Of a stretch of DNA of 64,000 nt, positions 54,071-64,000 are shown in pieces. The translations under genes were made by a program, and so were the position numbers. The notes below the pieces were generated by a model. That model was not told the DNA's origin and ran no database searches. It saw only the letters and a list, made by a program, of their open reading frames with translations. Each line of letters starts with the position of its first letter. Position 1 is the first letter of the stretch. The stretch covers positions 10,044,001 through 10,108,000 of the forward strand of contig CM120649.1 of the NCBI GenBank assembly GCA_051362555.1. Direction: 5' to 3'. The DNA is from Lingula anatina (Eukaryota > Animalia > Brachiopoda).

Positions 54071-54552
54071 AACACTAACAGCTGACATGGCAAAGCACAT
54101 TTGCTTGATGAGCATCATGATTAAAATGTTCGATAAAAATCTTCAATGCGGCTTGTTTATTACACAGCAGATTAAGCTGGTCGTGGCATGTCTTACCTGT
54201 AATGTTATCCATGTTACAGAGTAATCACTGACGCGGCTCATAACAGTGCTTAATTGATCAGTGTTGCGATTAAAACTTTTGATGAAAACATCAATACGGT
54301 TTGTTTCTTACACCTCAGATTAAGCTGGCTGCCACGTGTCATTTGCATGTGGGTATATAAGAAGGTGGTAAAATTTGGAGATGCATAAGACACTGTCACT
54401 GTGCAGCACAACATTAAAGATTTTTTCTCTAAGACTACCGTCATCAAACACACCGTGCTGCGGTGTTGGCTGGAGGAGCCGCTTCCAAGAGCACCTGCCA
54501 AACGTCTCGTTGGTAGGCCGAAGAAGACTGCTACAAAACAGATGGCTCACTC

Positions 54553-55902
54553 TTGCTCTCTGGGGAGCGTATCGTTCTTAAGCGGAGACGAGATGATCTT
54601 GAACTTGACACCAACACCATACCTGCTAAACGGGGGAAATATAAATCATATTCCTTGGCAGAGAAAAAAGAAGTGGTAGACCTAGCATCCTTACATGGAA
54701 TAACATCCATAGCAAAATCCCTAAGCATCCCACGCACAACTGTCAGCAAGTGGAAGAAAGAACTAGCCCTTGAGGTCCCGAGAAATGATGCAGGCAGGAA
54801 GGAAGGCAGCAGGAGAGCATGTCGACCTTCTTGGAAATAGCACCGAGGAGGACATTTTAAGTTGGGTCTTGGAGCAGAGAGACCTCCAATTGCCAGTGAC
54901 AGTAGAGCATGTGCTCATGCTTTCTCATTGGCAGAAACATTAGAAGTTGACTTCAATGCTTCCAAGGGGTGGGCTACAAACTTCTTAAAAAGACAACGTT
55001 TAATCTCCAGGACCACCGAGAGCCAGTGTTTACCCAGCGACCTTGAGGACAGACTGGAGGTGTTCTACTCTCATCTTGGGGAGATGAACGAAGAAGAATG
55101 AATTTGACACCCAATTTATTATCAACATGGATGAGGTTCCTATGACTTTTGATCTGGTGCCCGAGAGGACCATACACAAAAAAGGAATGAAAGATGTCCG
55201 CATCTTAACCACTGGAGCCGAGAAGAGGCACTTCACTGTAGTGCAGGCAGTAGCTGCTGACGGCGCTAAATTACCATCAATGGTAATTTTCAACGGTATC
55301 AAATGTATTGTATTTAAGAGTTTTTTTAAATTTATGAATAAATAGCGTTTCTGTAAAATGTACCACCTAATCAAGTTAGTACAAAAGTAAACTGTACACC
55401 ACTGTTAAAGTAATTATTAACAATATATTTCTAAGCAAAGCAATATCCACCATATTTTACCAGTTATTAAATTTAATGTTATCTATTTTTCAGGATCACA
55501 TCAGCTATCCCTGGAGTGTCCTCCAGGGTGGATGGTTGAAGTAAATCCCAAGGGGTTGGATGACCGAGGACCTCATGATCAAGTGGCTCAAACACATCCT
55601 GCGGCCCTACATGGACGACCAACCCTATTAATCCTTGATGCATTTTCTGCACACACAACAGAGAGGAAGGTGGCACACAAAGCCAATGCAACCATGGCTG
55701 TCATCCCTGGGGTGTGTACATCCAAGGCCCAGCCCCTAGCATGGGCGTAACTAGGCATACGCACGGATGCACTGTGCGTACAATTTTTTGGCCAACCATG
55801 ATATTATTTTATATAAATTTAGTGTTCACGGAATATAAAAGAAAATCCTCTCCTTTTTAAAGTCACCTGTATGTACAAATCCTCTGTATCAATTGTATAG
55901 GC

Positions 55903-55936
<34 letters not shown>

Positions 55937-56935
55937 TAACCTTAACAAGTCCTAGCTATCTTAATCGTCCATCTAACTGACACTTCCTTTACCTCTTCCT
56001 TTATCTTAGGTAAAAATCTGCCTGAGTGTTATTTTCAAAGAGCAGCTCCCGCAACCCTGGGGGCACTAGATAAAATCTGGACGCCAGGTTTAAGAAGGAG
56101 CTAGAGAAACAAAGGAAGAATTTTTCCTGCAAAGCTTCAAAGAATTTTGACACGGACTTGACCCAGCTTACCCCTCCAAACTAACAGGGTGACATGGGCA
56201 ATTTTTACAAACAAATAATTTAACTTAGATGTATCAGAGCTCTGTCGTGTCGTACAATTGGTTGTTTTTTGGGAGCCATGCATCCACATGTAAGGTGAAT
56301 GAAACCGTATGTTAGCTTAACTCAGAGGTGGATCCAGGATTATTCGAAGGGGGTTCCACATATGCGAAGCTAGCCTCCTTTTAAATAAATATACCGTTCT
56401 GGGTAATAAGAATATTGAAACTTTTTTAATTGCGAGAATATTTCTGACTAAATGATGATTTTATTATTAATGAAAATTAAGCTGCGATGTGTGGTACATA
56501 TGCTGTAATTACGCTGTCCTTCACCTCTTGCGTTAGTCTACATTTTGCTGGGAATTTTAAAAATCTGTGCGTACAATTTTTAAAGGTCTGGTTACGCCCC
56601 TGCCTAGATGTGTCCTTGAATAGCTATTCAAGGTACACCTGAGAAAAGTGTGGACGGAGCATATGCGACGGGCAGCCATGGAAGCAAAGGGGAAGTTTGA
56701 TAAATTGCCAACGGCCAGTAAAGAGGACGTTGTTGTGTGGGTGGTGTCAACATGAAGCAAAGTTAGCCGTGAAATGGTCGTCAAGTCATTTCAAACCACT
56801 GGGATCACGAGCGCGCTAAAGGGGGAGAGATCTTCTCCAACCAATGATGTCCCAGATGATTTGTTTACCAGTGATGAGGAGGGTGACTTTTTGGGATTCT
56901 CTGACACGAGAGCTGATACTGAGGATCCTGACTGA
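54553..56935 (+). pseudogene. POGK-like pogo transposase pseudogene with a probable intron
   Basis: HTH YSLAEKKEVV...IPRTTVSKWKK; FNASKGWATNFLKR; NMDEVP...GAEKRHFTVV...ADGAKLP; GT-AG intron 55296-55493; LILDAFSAH...IPGVCTSKAQPL|DVS; frameshifts and stops. Confidence 0.9.
55740..56602. mobile_element. 863-bp non-autonomous element with 5-bp TSD inserted in the QPLD motif
   Basis: CCTAG|CATGGGCGTAACTAG...CTGGTTACGCCCCTG|CCTAG. Confidence 0.9.
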
Positions 56936-56951
56936 AGCACCAATTTCATAA

Positions 56952-57640
56952 TGCCCCTATTTCACACAGACCATGAATCCCACAAATCGCCAGGAATTGA
57001 CAAATTTCAGGATTTGTGAGGATTCGTGAGTTTTTGCCAATTTTTTGGTCTAATTCGACACGCTCTACGATTCAGTTATGATACAGGTACGATAGTGTTA
57101 CGAATATTCATGGGATTTGGCTGGAATCGTGAGATTTTGTAAATTTTCTGGTCTAATTTGACACGCTCTACGATTCAGTTATGATACAGGTTCGATAGTG
57201 TTACAAATATTCGTGGGATTTGGCTGGAATTGCACGAATATTGTCCAGAAATTCACTACGTTATTTTGGAATCGGGAGTTCGTGGCCTCAATTTTGAACA
57301 GCTCAAAAATTTTGCCACAAATTCCCGATTGATCAAGAATTGCAAGAACTGACTACGATTATATAAGAATCAGTTAAGGACTTCATGAACTGATTACGAT
57401 TCAACCACGAATCCTGAAATTTGTCAATCCTGGCAATTCGTGGGATTCGTGGTCTGTGTGAAATAGGGGCATCAAAGTTTTTGCCATGAGTTCCTGTTGG
57501 TCAAGAATTGCAAGAACTGACTACAAATATATACGAATCTGTTAAGAACTTCACGAACTGATTACAATTCAACCACGAATCCTGAAATTTGTCAATTCAT
57601 GGCGATTCGTGGGATTCGTGGTCTGTGTGAAATAGAGGCA
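56952..57640. mobile_element. Harbinger-type foldback MITE with duplicated right end
   Basis: TAA|TGCCCCTATTTCACACAGACCA...TGGTCTGTGTGAAATAGAGGCA|TAA; an extra right TIR ends at 57471. Confidence 0.9.
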
Positions 57641-58783
57641 TAAGGAAAATAAAAGTTACTGAGAGACAGATACTTGACATCTCATAATGAAAGTAAACTT
57701 TTGATGAATCGTTTTAAGGCCAATGTAATATTTTGAGCAAAATTTTATTAATAGTATATTAATCTCTATGAGAGTAGGAATTCGTCCAGTCTCCTCTCTT
57801 AATGCACTGTTTGAATTAACGTAAAATCAACGAAAGCCTTGACCCAACGTAGGAACATATTAGCGTTAGTAAGTTATGTGCTTAATAAAACTTATGTATT
57901 GAATTTATTACGTTGTTTGTTTTCATTTACCATGACTTCTGCTTAATTAGCATGCATTATACGTTACTATTTAAATGTATAATGTTTGATATATGCTGCA
58001 TCCAGGCAATGTAAGATTGCAATTAGGCTTATCTTGATCCCTCTCCTCTATCTGGAGAGTAAAGACAATTCTCAACCTTCTCTCTGGGTAAGTCAACATA
58101 ACAAAATCAAGATGCACTAAAAAAACAATTATTTACAACCAGATATTGTCCTTGGAAGAGACAAATATCCCACAATATCAGAGGAACAAGGATAAATGCC
58201 GATAAGAATAAAAGCTAGAAAGTCGGGGTTTTGAAAATTTCATCACACCCAGAAGTTGGGGATGCGTAATTTTGAAAACAATCATCGGATTAATGCAATT
58301 TAAAAAAATAATTAATTATTAAGCGATGAAATTTTCAAGACTTAACCGTTGTTATGCAAACAATTACCCGCCATGTAATCATCCTCAAGAGATTTCAGCA
58401 CAGGATGACAGTACAGAGATTAGCCATCTATTTAACTAGAGACATATCTCTTAATATCTAGTGGAAAATCAATCTGTGGCCCTGTTAGAGGGTAATAAGT
58501 AATATTTCTATTTCTCTTAAAGGTCATCCAGGCAGCAGTGTCCAAAATAGTTTTATTTTTCAACTTTTATGCAATATTACATAAAGCTTAACAGCATAAT
58601 GACCAGCAATTTTAATGATAAAATAAAAGAATCATGGATATTCAGAAAATGTTACTAGCAAAGGTCTTCAAGCCCATGGAGGTTCAAAGTCACACCTTGA
58701 AAATATCAATATGTGAAAACAAAAACCTGTATTACTTCCAGAAAAATCAACCAATCAGACTTGTTTTCCAAAGCTGTATTTAA

Positions 58784-58997
58784 GACCCCATTCCCAGAGA
58801 TTAGATTGATCCAAACTAGATCGACCTAACTCCCTGGGGGTTCACGCTAAATAGCTGTCAGGCAAGCAGGCACAAAAATTAATTACCCCTTACAGCTTGT
58901 AGTAGGCGGGACGGACATTCAAGCCGGATTATCTGACAGTAATCTAGTGGGACTCCCCATGGGGATAGATCGATCTAAAATCTATGGGAATATGCCC
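58784..58997. mobile_element. Harbinger-type MITE (21886 family) with TAA TSD
   Basis: TAA|GACCCCATTCCCAGAGA...TCTATGGGAATATGCCC|TAA, interrupting the 340-bp repeat. Confidence 0.8.
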
Positions 58998-60189
58998 TAA
59001 GCCTTGTGTTTTTAATCCTGTAAGATTGAGAAGGGTTAGTGACATGGTTTTCCTTAAATTGTCACTATTGAAGCAGTGCCTAAAATAGAGATTTCTTCAA
59101 TTTTGATGCAATATTACATAAAGCTTAATTAACAGCATAATGACCATAGTAACTATGGGCCTATCTCTGGCAGTTTTGGAGATACAAAGGTGTAAAATGG
59201 TGTATCTTTGTTAATTTTGGAGTTACAGTAATGTGCCATGAATTTTGTAAAGAAGATATTAATTAAAATAACAAAAGATCTTTTTGGTCATAATTCATCA
59301 AATGGGAGGTGCTCAGAAATTCCAGACATTCGAATTTCATGAAATTCTGTCATTTTTGACTGAAAGTTGTCTGTCCTTTACTAAGCCTTATGTTATCTTT
59401 TCCCGACATTCAAAATTTGTGGCATATTGCCGTATTTCACGTTTTATTTTCACCACCACATTGTACTTTTTGATACAGCACAACTGGTATATAATATAGA
59501 AAATTAAAAAAAAAAAAAGCAAGCTCTATAAAATGCAAAAAACAAGAGGTCTCTAACATTTACGGTTCCAGAATTAGAGTATATGCTGAGAAATAAAACA
59601 AAAAACACATAAATTTGGGAAAAATGGTCCCATCAAGCTGATTTTTAGACTTGGACTGTATATTAATACTATTAATCAGTCCTGTAAGTTTGAAATGTGT
59701 TATCTGTACAGCCTAATTATAATACATGCAAAAAAAGCATAAAAATAATATTGATCACTCCTGAAGACAATATTATTGGTTTTCCTTGAAATGTGCTGTC
59801 AGTGTTGCATACAGCATAAAAAATACTGAAAGAAAATAAATAAGTCAGCATAACTTCCAGAAGAATAGTTTGAATAACTGGATTTTCAGATTCAACCTGT
59901 AATCTGGTAACATTGGTCACTCCTGTAAGTTTGAAAACAAAAGGCCTATCAGTTTTCCTTGCCTGTATTGCATAAATGCTGAAAAAAAGTGGGGGGAAAA
60001 ATTGGTGGGATTATGCAGGTTTTCGAATTCTGCCTGAATATCACGAATGTTGACACTGAAAGTGCACAGGGACAACAAAAATGTTGGGGACAACAACAAC
60101 AGATGCAGGTAATGGCTACATAAAACAGAGAAAATAATAAATTCAAAGAAATCATCTGATTGAATAATATAATAAGCAAGTGAAAAAAG

Positions 60190-60484
60190 CAATGTATTCC
60201 CAATAATATCATTATAACACCACTTGCTGATGTCACAATGTTCAATCTCTTACCAAAAATCAGCAGCGGTTGTTGATGTTAAAATGCTTCATGTATTCCC
60301 ATAATGCAACTGCAATTATTGCTATTGTTGATGTCATAATGCTCAATGTATTCCCATAATGCAACTGCAATTGTTGATGTCACAATGCTCAATGTATTCC
60401 CATAATGCAACTGTAGTTATTGTTATTGTTGATGTCACAATGCTCAGCGTATTCCCATAATGCAATTACAATTACTGCTATTGT
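60190..60484. repeat. 46/55-bp minisatellite, left segment
   Basis: TTGATGTCACAATGCTCAATGTATTCCCATAATGCAACTGCAAT(TATTGCTAT) units. Confidence 0.9.
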
Positions 60485-63128
60485 GTACAAATGTACAAAT
60501 GTCTATTGCAAACTTCCAAAACACAAAAAAGACTCGGAGGTTGAACCGTATGAACGAGTATACTGGGATAATAAGAAAACAGATGATTTTGTCGATAAGT
60601 TTGATGGTGAATTTGCTCAAAATTGGTCGGACATAGAGAACGATTTACAGAACAATAATGTTACTGCAGTTATAGAAACCATTACAGGTATGTACATCAA
60701 GTCAGCTAGTTCTATGATAAAGTTGCCTGGCATCAAGGTGGAGTTACGACAACAGCCGCCATGGTGGTCAAAGGACTTGGAGGTATTAAAAAAGTTAAAA
60801 TATAAAGCGTTGAATAATTTTAGGTTTTATAACTCAGAGCAACATTTGCAAAACTATAAGCAGGCAAAATCGAACTTTCGGAAAGAATGCAAATTGAGTA
60901 AGGAAAGGCACAGAGAATGTCAACATACCAAACTGCTAAGTTTTAGAAATAACCCGCAAGCATTTTGGAAATATTGGAGGGTAAATGTTAATGCAAATTT
61001 TAGAAATAAGAGTAACATTGATTCTGATTCATGGGTTAAGCATTTTAGAGAGTTACTAAATCAGGATATTACGATCAATGAAGGATTTAGAAGAGAGGTA
61101 GACTCTCAACTAAAAAGTCATGAACAAAATTGTAATCTATGCAATGATGATAATCCGGCTGTTTTGAATGCTCTATTTTCATGTGATGAGGTGCTCTCTG
61201 CCCTGAATAGCATGGCGAATGGAAAAGCACCAGGGGAAGATGGGATAGTCTCTGAGATGCTTAAGGTCACCCAAGGTAAAATTGCCCCAGTGTTAACACA
61301 ACTCTTTAACAGCATACTTGAAAGTGGTGATTATCCCCAAGCATGGTGCAATGCCATTCTCTGTGCTCTCCACAAACAGGGATCGGTAAATGATGTAAAT
61401 AACTACAGAGGGATCTCTTTATTGAATGTGATTGGAAAACTATTTACCAAGGTTTTGAATAATAGATTTATGAAATGGACAGCAGAAAATGGAAAACTCT
61501 GCGAAGAACAGGCAGGTTACAGATCAGGTTACTCAACTGTTGATCATATTTATACATTAAATGCCTTGGGTCAGAAATATTTAAGCAAGGGCAGGGGGCG
61601 GTTTTACTCCATATTTGTAGACTTTTCCAAAGCTTTCGACAGTGTGGACCACAGACTGCTATGGTTTAGACTACAAAAAATTGGTATTCATGGGAGAGTT
61701 TTACGGGTTTTAAAATCAATGTATTCAAAATTGAGGTCATGTGTTTTAATCTCCCCGGGACTTACAGAATATTTTGAATGTACTGTTGGAACCAGGCAGG
61801 GCTGTATGATATGTCCATTTTTATTTAATATGTTTCTAAATGAGTTTGTAGAGAGGGTAAATGAGAGTGATGTACAATCTATTTTTATTGATGAAATTGT
61901 CAGCATTTCGCTTTTATTGTATGCTGATGACATGGTTATTTGTGATGACACTGCATTTGGCTTACAAAAGGAGATAAATATTTTACAGAATTTCTGTGAA
62001 AATTTCGGACTGAATATAAATTTGAAAAAAACAAAAATCATGGTCTTTAGACACTCTGGACCATTACGAAAATATGAAAAATGGTACTTTGGTGGACAAC
62101 CGCTTGAAGTTGTAACCCACTACAAATATCTGGGTCTAACTATAACACCAAGGCTCGTTTGGACAAAAGCCACCACTAGTTTAAGTCTGAAAGCAAGAAA
62201 GGCAATGATTATGATTGATAAACTTGAATATAACACTGGGAGGGTTAGGTCTGATATTGCATTTATGATATTTGATAAAATGATTGCGCCAATTTTATTT
62301 TACGGTGCAGAAGTTTGGGGATACCAAGTGTATGACAATATAGAAAAAGTACAACTTGCTTACTGTAAAAGGATTCTTGGCGTGGGATCAACAACTTCAA
62401 CAATAGCGGTCTTGGGAGACTGTGGTAGGTTCCCATTGTTTATAACTTACTTCAGTCGGTGTGTCAAATTCTGGCTTAAATTACTGAGAATGGAAGAAAG
62501 CAGATATCCAAGAGCGTGCTACAAGATTATGTTGGTATTAGATCAGGCTGGTCGCATTACATGGGCGACAAAAATTAAAGAAATACTTTTTAGATATGGT
62601 TTTGGGTTTGTATGGTACAATCAGGGTGTTGAGAATGAGATATATTTTTTAGAAATTTTTAAGACAAGAATGAAAGATTGCTACATTCAAGAATGGAACG
62701 ACCAGTTACAGAACTCGTCTAAATTAAATTTGTATTGTACATTTAAATCTGTATTTCAAAAAGAAAATTATTTATTGTTGAATCTCCCGAAAGCGCACTT
62801 AGCTGCTTTCGCCAGGCTCAGGTGTGGAAACCATAATCTTATGATTGAAAAAGGTAGACATGACAACATACCCTTGAACGAGAGGGTATGCACACTATGT
62901 AAGGATGAAATAGAAAACGAATATCACTTTCTGTTAACATGTGAGATGTACAGGGACTTAAGAACAAAATATATACCAAACAGGTACACCTGTCAACCAA
63001 ATATCCAAAGGTTTAGACAGCTTATGTCTTCCAATGACAGAGATTTGATGATTAACCTGATTAATTATGTTTATTGTGCCTTTAGAAAAAGAGAATCTTT
63101 TTTTGCAACGGATAGCACACGTACATGA
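60420..63128 (+). CDS. Non-LTR retrotransposon ORF2 reverse transcriptase (RTE-X/CR1-group-like), lacking the endonuclease domain
   Basis: 902-aa open frame with KAPGEDGI, NYRGISLL, EQAGYRSGYSTVDHI, FVDFSKAFDSV, GTRQGC, LLYADD, YKYLG and C-terminal CTLC..ENEYHFLLTC; first about 22 codons derive from the minisatellite. Confidence 0.92.
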   Translation: MLLLMSQCSAYSHNAITITAIVYKCTNVYCKLPKHKKDSEVEPYERVYWDNKKTDDFVDKFDGEFAQNWSDIENDLQNNNVTAVIETITGMYIKSASSMIKLPGIKVELRQQPPWWSKDLEVLKKLKYKALNNFRFYNSEQHLQNYKQAKSNFRKECKLSKERHRECQHTKLLSFRNNPQAFWKYWRVNVNANFRNKSNIDSDSWVKHFRELLNQDITINEGFRREVDSQLKSHEQNCNLCNDDNPAVLNALFSCDEVLSALNSMANGKAPGEDGIVSEMLKVTQGKIAPVLTQLFNSILESGDYPQAWCNAILCALHKQGSVNDVNNYRGISLLNVIGKLFTKVLNNRFMKWTAENGKLCEEQAGYRSGYSTVDHIYTLNALGQKYLSKGRGRFYSIFVDFSKAFDSVDHRLLWFRLQKIGIHGRVLRVLKSMYSKLRSCVLISPGLTEYFECTVGTRQGCMICPFLFNMFLNEFVERVNESDVQSIFIDEIVSISLLLYADDMVICDDTAFGLQKEINILQNFCENFGLNINLKKTKIMVFRHSGPLRKYEKWYFGGQPLEVVTHYKYLGLTITPRLVWTKATTSLSLKARKAMIMIDKLEYNTGRVRSDIAFMIFDKMIAPILFYGAEVWGYQVYDNIEKVQLAYCKRILGVGSTTSTIAVLGDCGRFPLFITYFSRCVKFWLKLLRMEESRYPRACYKIMLVLDQAGRITWATKIKEILFRYGFGFVWYNQGVENEIYFLEIFKTRMKDCYIQEWNDQLQNSSKLNLYCTFKSVFQKENYLLLNLPKAHLAAFARLRCGNHNLMIEKGRHDNIPLNERVCTLCKDEIENEYHFLLTCEMYRDLRTKYIPNRYTCQPNIQRFRQLMSSNDRDLMINLINYVYCAFRKRESFFATDSTRT

Positions 63129-63215
63129 GCTCTCCGCATGCGCAATAGTTACGTTATATGAACCATTTACATTTGTAATCTGGGCAAATGCCTTTAATAC
63201 GGAAATAAATTAATA
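60485..63215 (+). mobile_element. Young 5'-truncated LINE insertion
   Basis: Candidate TSD TATTGT at 60479-60484 and 63216-63221; AATAAA at 63204; array register resumes on both sides. Confidence 0.85.
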
Positions 63216-63975
63216 TATTGTTGATGTCACAATGCTCAATGTATTCCCATAATGCAACTGCAATTGTCGATGTCACAATGCTCAATGTATTCCCATAATG
63301 CAACTGCAATTATTGCTATTGTTGATGTCACAATAATCAATGTATTCCCATAATGCAACTGCAATTATTGCTATTGTTGATGTCACAATACTCAATGTAT
63401 TCCCATAATGCAACTGCAATTGTTGATGTCACAATGCTCAATGTATTCCCATAATGCAACCGCAATTGTTTATGTCACAGTGGTACACTCGGAACTACTC
63501 GGATGTCTCCGCACTCGACAATAACCTCGGACGTGATACGAAGGCATCCATATTGATTGTTGGGAAAGAACTACTTTCAACCTTTTACCATAGCCCGTTG
63601 GTAAAACAGCTAAAGTATCATGTACATAGTACAAATATTTCAACGTCTGTATCTGTTTATCCTTTCAATCAAAGTCAATCCTAGTGCATTGTTTGGCAAA
63701 CCGAAAAGCATCATAAAAATCAGGGGTATTGACAGCCATCTTTATGAGCGGAATAAACGATTGAGTGAGAAGGCATTTCTGGTGAACAAAATGCTTGGAT
63801 TTGGTGCATATTTCTCCGCCTATCACATCCAAGGTTAGTATGGAGCTTGCGGAATGAGCCGAGGATTGCCGATTGACAGAGCTAAATGTATTCTCATAAT
63901 GCAACCACAATTGTTGATGTTACAATGCTCAATGTATTCCCATAATGCAACTGTAGTTATTGATGTTACTATGCT
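63216..63975. repeat. 46/55-bp minisatellite, right segment, interrupted by about 400 bp of unique sequence (63478-63875)
   Basis: GATGTCAC at 63223, 63269, 63324 and onward; array resumes near 63880. Confidence 0.9.
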
Positions 63976-64000
63976 CAGTGTCCCTCGGCTGGTTGAATTG

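Larger units (their letters stand above)
53373..58348 (+). mobile_element. Full-length but decayed pogo/Tigger-type DNA transposon
   Basis: TIRs CGGTAAAGTCTTGAAAAT / ATTTTCAAGACTTAACCG; subterminal TTGAAAATTTCRTC repeats at both ends; encloses transposase relic. Confidence 0.85.
53094..58492. mobile_element. About 0.42-kb non-autonomous element (CCCTCTACCAGGG family) split by a nested pogo element
   Basis: TA|TCCTCTACCAGGGCC...GGCCCTGTTAGAGGG|TA; halves at 53094-53372 and 58349-58492. Confidence 0.75.

Noticed and set aside
53094-58492. Autonomous parent of the CCCTCTACCAGGG MITEs
   Set aside because: The transposase is bounded by its own, different TIRs (53373/58348), so it is a nested insertion
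60190-63975. RT next to a repeat array read as a CRISPR-RT, retron, DGR or group II intron system
   Set aside because: Repeats are contiguous with no unique spacers, no cas genes are present, and the RT has non-LTR motifs, a polyA signal and a TSD in a eukaryotic context

Overview
AT-rich, microsatellite-rich eukaryotic DNA with GT-AG introns, most like a marine invertebrate. It is a dense transposon graveyard with no intact host gene, no rRNA, tRNA or CRISPR, and most short ORFs in the track are spurious. The only long intact ORF (60420-63128) is a 5'-truncated non-LTR retrotransposon ORF2 (RT plus Cys/His tail) inserted into a 46/55-bp minisatellite. Degraded coding relics resemble a DIRS tyrosine recombinase, three pogo-type transposases, a Sola3-like transposase, Tx1/L1 and L2 LINEs, a Zisupton/KDZ-like SWIM protein, two ZNF862-type hAT transposases, a Ty3/Gypsy pol and a GPY/F integrase tail. 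Many non-autonomous elements are present: Helentron-type HINEs, Harbinger-type MITEs with TWA target-site duplications (TSDs), and elements with 5-bp TSDs. Highlights: (1) all ten coding relics in 3.5-21.4 kb lie on the + strand, downstream of and antisense to a candidate spliced non-coding minus-strand transcript at 23.9-29.2 kb, an arrangement resembling a uni-strand piRNA cluster; (2) a ParB/Srx-like exon among the transposon relics; (3) a head-to-tail train of Helentron-type elements; (4) two orphan HEATR3-like 3' exons; (5) an endonuclease-less RT ORF given an in-frame ATG by its host minisatellite. All family assignments come from motif recognition by eye, not database searches.
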